From: Candidatus Nanohalobium sp.
Lineage (GTDB): Archaea > Nanohalarchaeota > Nanosalinia > Nanosalinales > Nanosalinaceae
NCBI GenBank assembly: GCA_042216335.1
Contig: JBDGTY010000006.1
Coordinates: forward strand, 26,042 to 60,854
Length of the DNA stretch: 34,813 bases
Reading direction: 5' to 3'
In this document: positions 1-8,009 of the stretch, in pieces
Layout: each line of letters starts with the position of its first letter
Position numbering within the stretch: position 1 is the stretch's first letter
Made by a program: the position numbers and the translations under genes
Notes under the pieces: generated by a model
What the model saw: only the letters and a program-made list of their open reading frames with translations
Told to the model about the DNA's origin: nothing
Databases searched by the model: none

Positions 1-1103
1 TCCTCAGGCCGGAGGGTCCTGGAAACAGGTTCCGTTCTCTCAGTCGAGTAGTTGACCATAATTTTGGAAAAGTTCCCCGAGACGTTGAATGTGTAGGCCA
101 TCGACGAGAAGCTCGGAACACGGAAATTTACGCTTTTCTTCACGCCTGCATCGATGGAAAGGTTGACGGTTCTGACCGTGTTACCTCTGTTCACGAAGTC
201 GATAGCCAGGTTGGAACTCGAGGTGTCGTAGCGGACGCCCTCAAGCTTCAGGTTGTACCTTCGGTACGGTGTTTCAATCTTCTTGATGCCATAAATGCCG
301 TCGAAACCGCTGATTCCTGTGAAGGCCCTGCCTGTCTTCACCGCTATCTCCAGGTCTTTATCCGCGATAACGTCGATCTCCTTGGCGTACAGCATGTTCT
401 CGGCGCCGGCTACTTTCAACCTCCTGACACCGGAGCTGTCGATGAAGTTAGCGAGCCTTCTACGGTTCATCCGGAACAGCACGGGCTTGTCCTCGATCAT
501 CCTGGGGTTGAAGTAGCTTCGAGGGGATAGAACGGCCCAGGACGTGTTCATCCTTTTCGCCAGTTCCAGGTTCCTTTCCTGCCACGTCCCGTTGATGTAT
601 TCAGTACTGGAGAACCGTTTTCCGGGGTCGAAGTCGAACTCGCCGTAGAAGACCTTGGGCTTCGAAGAGTTCTCGAGTATCTGTCGGGCTCTCTGGTCGT
701 AGAAAAGTATCCTGTACTCTTTCCTAGCGGCGTATGGAAGTACGGAGACCGCATCCGTACCGAACTTATCGTTGACAACGACGAATCCCTCATGGTCTGT
801 GTAGTTAAGTGAGTTAACGTTCAGGACCTGTTCGAAGTTGAGGCCCGTACGCCTCTCTAGATCAGCGAAAGTCGGCGATTCAGCAGTATAGAGAGTTTCA
901 GGATCTTCTATGGTGTTTGCGGCTATCTTGGCGTCCGGCGGTGTCGCCACTGTGAACGTATCCCGATCCTTCAGGTCTGCGTGGTTCTGTGCCTTCGCCA
1001 CGTCCATCCAGCTGTCGGAGTTTATCACCGAGGTTCCAAGTACGGAGAAGGTCAGGAGTATGAGAAGTGCCGGCAAAAGTGTCTTCCGCGTGGACTGAGT
1101 CAT
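1..1103 (-). CDS. Secreted/cell-surface hypothetical protein, 3' end truncated by window edge
   Basis: Absent from the ORF track (no stop inside the window). Manual translation from ATG at 1103 gives MTQSTRKTLLPALLILLTFSVLGTSVINSDSWMDVAK..., open to base 1 (~367 aa). Sec-type signal peptide, several N-x-S/T sequons, beta-rich distal part. Confidence 0.8.
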   Translation of the reverse strand, partial: MTQSTRKTLLPALLILLTFSVLGTSVINSDSWMDVAKAQNHADLKDRDTFTVATPPDAKIAANTIEDPETLYTAESPTFADLERRTGLNFEQVLNVNSLNYTDHEGFVVVNDKFGTDAVSVLPYAARKEYRILFYDQRARQILENSSKPKVFYGEFDFDPGKRFSSTEYINGTWQERNLELAKRMNTSWAVLSPRSYFNPRMIEDKPVLFRMNRRRLANFIDSSGVRRLKVAGAENMLYAKEIDVIADKDLEIAVKTGRAFTGISGFDGIYGIKKIETPYRRYNLKLEGVRYDTSSSNLAIDFVNRGNTVRTVNLSIDAGVKKSVNFRVPSFSSMAYTFNVSGNFSKIMVNYSTERTEPVSRTLRPE

Positions 1104-1115
1104 GTATCCTGTTTG

Positions 1116-1130
1116 TTAAAACTTATTTAA
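1116..1130. promoter_or_regulatory. Putative shared TATA element of a 54-bp divergent intergenic region
   Basis: TTAAAACTTATTTAA between divergent ATGs at 1103 (-) and 1158 (+). Confidence 0.5.
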
Positions 1131-1157
1131 GTAGGAAAAGCCTTACTTCACGTGTAC

Positions 1158-1649
1158 ATGCAACCGGAAGTTCTGGCAGCGGCAGGCCTCGGAGTATCGG
1201 GCTTCACTCTAATCATAACTTTGACGCTTTTCCACCTCGCAAGGAAGAGGATGGTGGAACTTGAGTCCGATCTGGCCGAGCTCTCCCGGAGGCAGAAGGA
1301 ACTACTGGAAGTAGAGGAGGCGGTCATGGAGAGGCATCCAAGCTACGAGGATTTCGAGAAAACCGTTTCCAACCTTTCAGAAAGGCTTTTCCAGCTTGTC
1401 AGGGAGAAGTACGAGCTCGGAGAGATAACGACCTACGAGGAGATGATTCAGGTCCTGCAGGAGATGGACTCGGAGGACGAAGTCGTGGACGACCTGATCA
1501 ACTTCTTCGAGTACCTTGAGAAGATCGAGTACTCGGAAGAGGAACTGGACGAGGCTGACAGGGCAATGATCCGGCAGGCAGCCTTCAGGTTATTGAGGAA
1601 GGCCGGTTCTAGCCTAGAAGGTTTAGAAGGCCGTAGAGTATCAGGATGA
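1158..1649 (+). CDS. Membrane-anchored acidic helical/coiled-coil protein
   Basis: N-terminal hydrophobic helix (VLAAAGLGVSGFTLIITLTLFHLA) followed by RKR, a heptad-like segment and an acidic helical domain. ATG 1158 preferred over GTG 1152. Confidence 0.8.
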   Translation: MQPEVLAAAGLGVSGFTLIITLTLFHLARKRMVELESDLAELSRRQKELLEVEEAVMERHPSYEDFEKTVSNLSERLFQLVREKYELGEITTYEEMIQVLQEMDSEDEVVDDLINFFEYLEKIEYSEEELDEADRAMIRQAAFRLLRKAGSSLEGLEGRRVSG

Positions 1650-1833
1650 CTTCTCCAGCAACAAGGAAAATCGTCAGGAAATCATAATTAGGTATACCAA
1701 GCTTTCCTTCAATCAGGCTTACTTCCCTCTCCACTTTTTCCTCCAGATTATTCAGGCTTGATTTTTTCTCCTCTTTTTCCTCGGGTTCGAAGCTGAAAAA
1801 CTCTTCTTCGTCTTCTTCTGGCATACTCTTCAC
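1609..1833 (-). CDS. Small acidic tail-anchored membrane protein
   Basis: Acidic N-terminus (EEDEEEFF) and C-terminal hydrophobic helix (FLTIFLVAGEVILILYGLLNLLG). Abuts the stop of the upstream gene. Start is GTG 1833 or ATG 1824. Confidence 0.7.
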   Translation of the reverse strand: MKSMPEEDEEEFFSFEPEEKEEKKSSLNNLEEKVEREVSLIEGKLGIPNYDFLTIFLVAGEVILILYGLLNLLG

Positions 1834-1834
1834 C

Positions 1835-4153
1835 TTATATGAATCTGTCTCTGGTCTTTTTTCCTCTGGTTTTGAGCCTCCAGATTAGTGCCGCTGTCCA
1901 TACCAGCAGCAGGAGCAGGTAGACGGAGACTGATAGTATGTTGTTCGACGGTTTCTCGAGTTCGATCCTCATCGGGGCGAAGCCTAGGACATCTCCGTTG
2001 CTGGTGAAGACGAGTGCGTCGTTGCAGACGTCCTGACTTTCCGAGGTTTTAAGCTGGACCTGAACGCTCTTAGCTGAATTTGCCGGTACTGCGTAGGTAC
2101 GGTTTCCGGTGACCGCGCAGTTGCTTCCTCCACGGAACCTGGCTTCTATACCCTGTATGGGACGGTTGGTCGGGTTCTCGACCTGGACTCCCACGTATCT
2201 CTGCGTGGATGTCTGAAGGCTGAGGAACGGAGGAGATTCAACAACGTTGATCCTCTCCCTGTCTATCAGTTCGGATACGTTGACGGTGAACTGCTCGGTG
2301 TCGACGGTCGAGTCACCGAATTCTGCCTCAATCACCTGCGTCATGTTGCCTTCAGATGCATCTTCGGGTATGGTGACGAGCACCATACCATGCCTTGTCT
2401 CGTTCGGCCTGATAACCTGGAAAGTCTTCGGAACAGACGCCCAGCCCGAGTCAAGGCCAACGGTCACGTTTTCCGCGGCGACAGTTCCCGTGTTGTTCGC
2501 CGTGAATTCCACTGAGATCGTGTCACCTTTCTTGGCATCATAGAGATGCCTGGCTAGCGACAGGTTGAGCTTCACGGGCTGAGGTGTCGGCTGGAAGCTT
2601 GGTCCTCCACCCCCTCCAGCAGCTCCACCGCCGGAGCCACCACCGCCTGTTCCGCCACCTCCAGCATCCCGGGAGCCCTGGCCTTCAGAAGGCGACTGGC
2701 CGCCTGAGTTCTCCTCCCCAGTCTGCTTCTTGCCGTAGAGGGTAAAGATGGAGAAGTTCTTTATCTTTCCTCGATGGAATGCATACCTTGGGTTGACGCT
2801 CAGGTTGACCGCCAGCTTCTTCAGGGCATATGAGTCACCCGTGCCGTCGTACTTGTACATCCTGTTCGGCACCAGATTGGACATGTTAAGGTCGGGATAG
2901 CCCAGTCCCAGGTTCCGGAAGCTTGAACTGTTTGAAAGTCCCGTGACCTTGATCCGTGCACCGACCGGCTGGATATCGCTGCTGATGCCCGCGGGCCGTG
3001 GAAGAGATCGTGTGTAGCCCTGGACAGAGACGGACTCCGCCTCACCATATATAGGAGTGCCGGCTATGGAAACATTTCTGAGCTCGGCCGTCGATCTATC
3101 AAGGGTAATCGCAACACCGGAATCCCTGAGAACGACATCATTTAGAGACAGATTCGAACCATGAGCCTCGATACCGTACGTGTTACCGGAGAGATTCGAA
3201 TCCATCATCTCAGCTTCCGCTTCATCCCGTACGCAGACCGCACTCTGAAAGTTATGCATACTGACATCCATCAGTGTAACGTTTTCAGCTGTCACGGTTA
3301 CACCGCATTCGGCTCCGTCGCCGGTGTGACGCGTGTTGTAGAAATCTATGTACGCTCCTGGATTGGTTATCCTGACGCAGTCGCCCGAATCTATCTCCCC
3401 CATCAGGACGGAGGTCGTGTTCCCGGGCGCCTCTCCACAGCCTCTCACTGCTTTACCCCTGGAGAACAGGTTGACTGAGTAAGAGAAGTTCGAGCCCCGA
3501 AGCTTCGGAAGAAGGGCCTGGAAGTTGCATCCCGATGAGTAGCACTTCTCGTAACCTTCGCTTCCTCTCTTCTTGCCGTCTATCGGCGATACGAAGACAG
3601 GGATGGCTTCGTCTCCTTTTCTGTACTTCAGGAGGTACATGGTCGTGGAGCCGGAAAGGTTGGCGTAGGAGGCGTTGTAGTATTTTCCGTTCAGTTTGAT
3701 CTTCTTTCCTGTCTCGAACGTCCTGGCCGGGTTGTCGAACTTCTGGGAGTAGTCCGGGTAGAAGCTCGGGAAAAGCTCTTTGGAGAAAAGCTGGTTCCTC
3801 TCCAGCAGAGTCCTGTTCGTCATATTGTGCAGGCTAGAGGGTTGAATCTCCGTGACGTTGCCGGGCGCGAAGGCGAGGTAGTATCCTCCTCCCTTGACTC
3901 CTTTAAGTTGGGTAGTTAAGACGTTGCCGGTCTGGTTGGCGTTCAGGCTGAGCTTTCCGACCCTGAAACCTGAGAGAGGTTCGCTTCCTCTATCCACGGT
4001 TCCTGATATACCCGTCCATCTGTCGGATATGACGCTTCGGGAGACATCTGTCTGCTTGATGACTCCTGCATAGAAGGTTACTGCCCCGACAGAGACTGAG
4101 AGTACCAGTAAAGCGGTTAGGATGATTACAGGTTTCGAAACTTCTCGGCCCAT
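1835..4153 (-). CDS. Multidomain surface glycoprotein: signal peptide, domain paralogous to the 4188-4853 protein, parallel beta-helix (NosD/CASH-like) region, Gly-rich linker, two Ig/CARDB-like domains, C-terminal TM anchor
   Basis: Start reassigned to MGREVSKPVIILTALLVLSVSVGA (ATG 4153, AT box 24 nt upstream). Beta-helix-type repeats (CVRIT, GVTVTAENVTL, GNTYGIEAHGSNLSL), GGGGTGGGGSGGGAAGGGGG linker, GDTISVEFTANNTG-type Ig strand, and TM (ILSVSVYLLLLLVWTAALIW) plus a basic tail. Confidence 0.85.
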   Translation of the reverse strand: MGREVSKPVIILTALLVLSVSVGAVTFYAGVIKQTDVSRSVISDRWTGISGTVDRGSEPLSGFRVGKLSLNANQTGNVLTTQLKGVKGGGYYLAFAPGNVTEIQPSSLHNMTNRTLLERNQLFSKELFPSFYPDYSQKFDNPARTFETGKKIKLNGKYYNASYANLSGSTTMYLLKYRKGDEAIPVFVSPIDGKKRGSEGYEKCYSSGCNFQALLPKLRGSNFSYSVNLFSRGKAVRGCGEAPGNTTSVLMGEIDSGDCVRITNPGAYIDFYNTRHTGDGAECGVTVTAENVTLMDVSMHNFQSAVCVRDEAEAEMMDSNLSGNTYGIEAHGSNLSLNDVVLRDSGVAITLDRSTAELRNVSIAGTPIYGEAESVSVQGYTRSLPRPAGISSDIQPVGARIKVTGLSNSSSFRNLGLGYPDLNMSNLVPNRMYKYDGTGDSYALKKLAVNLSVNPRYAFHRGKIKNFSIFTLYGKKQTGEENSGGQSPSEGQGSRDAGGGGTGGGGSGGGAAGGGGGPSFQPTPQPVKLNLSLARHLYDAKKGDTISVEFTANNTGTVAAENVTVGLDSGWASVPKTFQVIRPNETRHGMVLVTIPEDASEGNMTQVIEAEFGDSTVDTEQFTVNVSELIDRERINVVESPPFLSLQTSTQRYVGVQVENPTNRPIQGIEARFRGGSNCAVTGNRTYAVPANSAKSVQVQLKTSESQDVCNDALVFTSNGDVLGFAPMRIELEKPSNNILSVSVYLLLLLVWTAALIWRLKTRGKKTRDRFI

Positions 4154-4187
4154 ATACCTTTTTGGCACTTTCCCCGATTTAAATTCA

Positions 4188-4853
4188 TCACTCCAGCTCG
4201 AGGTACATGCTGTAGGACTTTCCACCGTCACCGTACTCACTTTCCGGCAGGATAAGCTGGTAATCCGCGGCAAAACCGTTGAACGCCACCCCATTCCTGA
4301 TAGGGCCTGCGAAGAAGCCGCCGTTACCGTCACTCAGGTATAGAGTTTCCCAAGCCGGATCACCGGTAGAGTTGTACGTGAACGAGGCAAGAGTGTCGTT
4401 GACCGCCCCGGGCTGAAAACCTGAGTCTATGCTGCCGTTCTTCGAAGTGAAGGTCTCAGAAACCTCCTCACTCCCGTTCTTCAGGAAAGGATACTGCTCC
4501 TGCATGTATGATATGTTGCCTGGGCTCCAGTCACCTGAGAAATCCAGAGGCTGGGAAGAAGCGTAGACATACCTCGCATCCAGCAATCCCCACGAGAAGA
4601 ACGGTGACTGAGTATCCTGGCCGACGATGTACTGGGCGGTCACGTTACCGAAGACCCCCGCCCAGGTATCCGAAGGAGCGCGGGGAGCCGATACATCCAT
4701 CTCCATGACGGTACCGGCTCCGATGCTGTCGTTCTCGGGAGGCGTGGCAGAAGTGAAGTTACCTGTGGTATATGTCTTGTTGATCGAGTCCTGTCCCAGC
4801 ACGGGAGAGGCCAGAAGAAAGATGAAGACCAGGAGGGAAACCTTCCGCCGCAT
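4188..4853 (-). CDS. Small secreted beta-rich protein of unknown function (candidate filament/structural subunit)
   Basis: Signal peptide MRRKVSLLVFIFLLASPVLG, no TM anchor, many N-x-S/T sequons. Motifs WAGVFGNVT, DYQLILPE and terminal YSMYLELE. Confidence 0.85.
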   Translation of the reverse strand: MRRKVSLLVFIFLLASPVLGQDSINKTYTTGNFTSATPPENDSIGAGTVMEMDVSAPRAPSDTWAGVFGNVTAQYIVGQDTQSPFFSWGLLDARYVYASSQPLDFSGDWSPGNISYMQEQYPFLKNGSEEVSETFTSKNGSIDSGFQPGAVNDTLASFTYNSTGDPAWETLYLSDGNGGFFAGPIRNGVAFNGFAADYQLILPESEYGDGGKSYSMYLELE

Positions 4854-4876
4854 AAAGACTAAATGATGCGGCCGGG

Positions 4877-4891
4877 TTAAAATAGGTTTCC
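4877..4891 (-). promoter_or_regulatory. Putative BRE-TATA promoter of the 4188-4853 gene
   Basis: Minus strand GGAAACCTATTTTAA ending 24 nt before the ATG. Confidence 0.6.
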
Positions 4892-4894
4892 AAG

Positions 4895-7765
4895 CTAGCT
4901 GACAGCCACGAGGATCTTGCCCTCACCGCTCTCCGGCTCCAGTGCCTTCCCGATGGCTGAAGACCGGCAATCCTGGTTGTGAGACATGATCTCTCTAAGA
5001 GGCTTATCTGAGTTCATCGGATCGATGACCTCACACTGCATACCAACGCCCGGAGTACCGGAAGGCACGATCCTGTCACCTCTCTCGATGTCTCCATTGA
5101 CGTCCGAAACCTTGACAGGAACTTTACCGGTGAGTGCGACAGGGTAGCCGTCTACATCGCTGTTCATGGTCTGGCCTGGATCAGTGGAGACTACTCCGAG
5201 AACCTTTCCATCAAACCGTTCATCCGACCTGACAACTCTGTTGTCCTGTGTAGAGGAAACTGTCACTATTTCACCTTTCTCAAGCTCCTGACTGCTCCTG
5301 TAGTTCTCGGCCAGGTCAGCACCGTTCGTGTAGATGTTGCCATAAACCTTGATGCTGTCGTTGACTGAGACGTTTCCTCGTGTGGAGTCAGTGATGTTGA
5401 AACCGTTCATATCCAGGACTCCACCGCTCTGATGAGGCCCGCTTTTCCCGATGTAGTTGTCGGCAAAGGTCACGGAATCCCTGACAGTTGAACTATCCCC
5501 ATTATTGATTTCCAGCACATCGTTCACGTTTGTGGAATTGATCGAAAGGTTCTGGAGTTCATTTGATGGGTCAGCATCTGCATCCGCGTTATTTGCTGAG
5601 ACATAGTTCTTAACCCATCCTAGGTCGGCCACGGCATCGTTATTGGAATCACTCGGAGTACCGTAGTTGTCGATAACTGTTCCATTGGCATTCGCTCCCT
5701 GGGCGAGAACCTCTGTCAGATTCTGGACCTCGTTCGAAGCCGAAGAATCAGCCGCGTCGTACTCACTGTTGGCCGAATCCCAGCTGACCCCGTTACCGGC
5801 AAGCCCGGAAAGCTCATTACCATCGACTAGGTCGGCGTTCAATCCTGAACCACTTCCCTCGTAGACGCTCAAGGTACCGGAACTGTAGTTCAACTGAGCG
5901 CCAGCAACCGAAGAAGCAAGGCTCAAGCTTACATCCGCATCCGTTCCTGGCAGAACATTGTTGGAAGTACCGGAGAGCCCGTTACCTGCCACGAGATCTG
6001 CCTGGATGGCGTTCACGTTGTCCTGAATAGTGATCGAATCCCTGACAGTCGAGCTGTCACCGCTGTTTATCTCGATTACATCATTTGTACTGCCCGAGTT
6101 CACAGTCAGGTTCTGCAGTTCATTCTCGGGGTCAGAGTCTGCATCAGCGTTGCTCGAACTGCTTACATAGTTCTTCACCCATCCGACATCAGCTACAACA
6201 TTATTCTGACTGTCACTTGGACTCCCGTAGTTCACGATAAGTTTGCCATTCGCGTTATTACCCTGACCAAGCACTTCCGTCAGGTTCTGTATCTCGTTGG
6301 ACTGGGATGCGTCCGCGTCAGCATTGTTGGAGGCCACGTAACCTTTCAGCTGGCTGTAGGTGACCGCTGCCTGTGACTGGGTCGAGTTCGACAGATTAAG
6401 AATCGCTGTACTGCCAGCGTCGTTGCTGACACTCAGTACATTCCCGAGTCCTTGATTGTCTGTATCAGCCTGGAAGTCATCCCTTACAGTAACTGTATTA
6501 CCGTTCTGGATGGTGATGGAGTCGTTCCTGCCATCTGTATTGTTGCTTACTGTCAGGGTCTGGTCATCGGAGCCTGCCTGGCTTATCTGATTATCGACGT
6601 ATGTCTTATTGACGGCGTCGCCACCACTGTTCGGAGCAGGGATTCCTGTAATCCTGAAACCACTCATATCAATATTTGTATTTGCAACAGCTCCCTCAGA
6701 AAGAACCTGTGCCAGCGTCTGGTTGTCGGTACCGTTTTCATCGGTAAAGGAGGTATCAGCCCCGTTCTCAATCGGGATAGTCACAATCTGACCGGAACGT
6801 GTCGTGGCCTGAAGGTTCTGGTCGTCTGTACCGTTTGGAACGTAGTAATCCTTGATGGCGGCGTCCTGACCATTCGTTATCTCAATCTGGTGAGAAACAC
6901 TGCTTGCCCCAGAAGGAGCTGAAGCATTCACTGAACTCAGATCCTGATTATCGGTATCCTGCTCGTAGGCATCATCCACAATCACATAATTACCTTCACT
7001 GATCGAGAGATTGTCATCTACACCTGAAATGTTCGCAGTAAATGAAAGAGTCTGGTTGTCGCTGCCACCTGACACAGAATCAACATAAGACTTGTTTACC
7101 GCGTCTCCCGGACTATTCGCGACCACGTTCTGAAGCTGGTGGCCGTTCAGGTTGATGCTCTGGTTCGCCAGAGCACCGTAAACGAGAACCTCGGAAAGAG
7201 TCTGATTATCGGTATCGGCCTCGAAGTTGTCATCCAGAGTAATCGAACTGTAAATCGTGCTGCTGTCCCCGCTATCCAAGTTGATCACGTCATCGATACT
7301 GGCAGAGTTAATAGTAATATTCTGTAACTCATTTGCGGAATCCGAGTCACCATCCGCATTGTTCTGGTCAATATAGTTTTGAACGTACCCTACATCAGCC
7401 ACAGCATCTGTGTTAGAATCCGAGACATTGCCGTAATTTTCGATAATAAGACCTCCAGCACTGTTTCCTCTACCCAACACAACCGAAAGATTAGCGCCCG
7501 TACGATCATCCACATAAGCCTTAGTGGCTGCTTCATGGGGAAGAGTAGGGCGGGAAAGATTGTAGATAGTATTTCCATGCAGGTTCAGATCCGTAGAGAC
7601 AGTCATATTGTCCAGAGTGGACTGTATCTCATAGCTTCCGGATATCACACCGTTCTGAAGAGTAATCGAGTCAGGGGTTAAGGTAAGTGACTGAGCGGTA
7701 ACCGGGACTGCCAGAAGCCCAATCACGCCCAGAAAAACTGCAAATCTAGAGAGACGAATTTTCAT
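4895..7765 (-). CDS. Secreted tail-fibre/trimeric-adhesin-like repeat protein with C-terminal peptidase G2-like intramolecular chaperone domain
   Basis: Signal peptide. Neck/stalk motifs AATKAYVD, DAVNKSYVD, DAVNKTYVD and fibre motif GSGSGLNADLVDG. Internal ~90-aa repeats. C-terminal GADLAENY...GVVSTDPG...PVALTGKVPVKV...GDRIVPS...IGKALE domain. Confidence 0.8.
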   Translation of the reverse strand: MKIRLSRFAVFLGVIGLLAVPVTAQSLTLTPDSITLQNGVISGSYEIQSTLDNMTVSTDLNLHGNTIYNLSRPTLPHEAATKAYVDDRTGANLSVVLGRGNSAGGLIIENYGNVSDSNTDAVADVGYVQNYIDQNNADGDSDSANELQNITINSASIDDVINLDSGDSSTIYSSITLDDNFEADTDNQTLSEVLVYGALANQSINLNGHQLQNVVANSPGDAVNKSYVDSVSGGSDNQTLSFTANISGVDDNLSISEGNYVIVDDAYEQDTDNQDLSSVNASAPSGASSVSHQIEITNGQDAAIKDYYVPNGTDDQNLQATTRSGQIVTIPIENGADTSFTDENGTDNQTLAQVLSEGAVANTNIDMSGFRITGIPAPNSGGDAVNKTYVDNQISQAGSDDQTLTVSNNTDGRNDSITIQNGNTVTVRDDFQADTDNQGLGNVLSVSNDAGSTAILNLSNSTQSQAAVTYSQLKGYVASNNADADASQSNEIQNLTEVLGQGNNANGKLIVNYGSPSDSQNNVVADVGWVKNYVSSSSNADADSDPENELQNLTVNSGSTNDVIEINSGDSSTVRDSITIQDNVNAIQADLVAGNGLSGTSNNVLPGTDADVSLSLASSVAGAQLNYSSGTLSVYEGSGSGLNADLVDGNELSGLAGNGVSWDSANSEYDAADSSASNEVQNLTEVLAQGANANGTVIDNYGTPSDSNNDAVADLGWVKNYVSANNADADADPSNELQNLSINSTNVNDVLEINNGDSSTVRDSVTFADNYIGKSGPHQSGGVLDMNGFNITDSTRGNVSVNDSIKVYGNIYTNGADLAENYRSSQELEKGEIVTVSSTQDNRVVRSDERFDGKVLGVVSTDPGQTMNSDVDGYPVALTGKVPVKVSDVNGDIERGDRIVPSGTPGVGMQCEVIDPMNSDKPLREIMSHNQDCRSSAIGKALEPESGEGKILVAVS
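5455..7490 (-). repeat. Degenerate protein-level repeats within the fibre gene
   Basis: Three copies of LxxVLxxGxxAxGxxIxNYGxxSDSxxxxVADxGxVxNY...NADxDxDxxNELQN...GDSST...DN, and two copies of DNQTLxxVLxxGAxANxxI...DAVNKxYVD...DxQTL...GN. Confidence 0.85.
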
Positions 7766-7788
7766 ACCTTAAAATTTGTAAGGGTCAA

Positions 7789-7802
7789 TTAAAATAGTTC
7801 CC
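7789..7802 (-). promoter_or_regulatory. Putative BRE-TATA promoter of the fibre gene
   Basis: Minus strand GGGAACTATTTTAA ending 24 nt before ATG 7765. Same 9-mer and spacing as the 4877 promoter. Confidence 0.6.
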
Positions 7803-8009
7803 ACCGAGACACGGCGGCAGACTACAGCACAACAAAGCCACAGAAAGTGCAGGAAGAAAGACTTGATTCTCAAAAATTCAATCATGAGGGCTGAAGATTC
7901 TGTAAACTTTCTGAAGGATTTTTATCTGCTCAAGGCGTCCCTTATGGTCGAATAATCGTTAATCTCAGAAGCCCAGTTATTTTTTATTGGGAGGCGGGAA
8001 AAGGGATGT

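Noticed and set aside
4154-4333. 60-codon upstream extension of the 832-aa ORF, or a frameshift fusion with the 221-aa gene
   Set aside because: It overlaps the neighbouring gene in another frame. The signal peptide and a TATA box at standard spacing point to ATG 4153, and no slippery site was evident.
4895-7765. Provirus interpretation of the tail-fibre-like gene
   Set aside because: No integrase, capsid, terminase or att repeats nearby. The gene has a signal peptide and a host-style promoter.
7800-7975. Possible ncRNA or operator in the largest intergenic region (weak TGATT...AATCA dyad near 7863-7884)
   Set aside because: The dyad is short and imperfect, and no tRNA-like or other convincing structure was seen.
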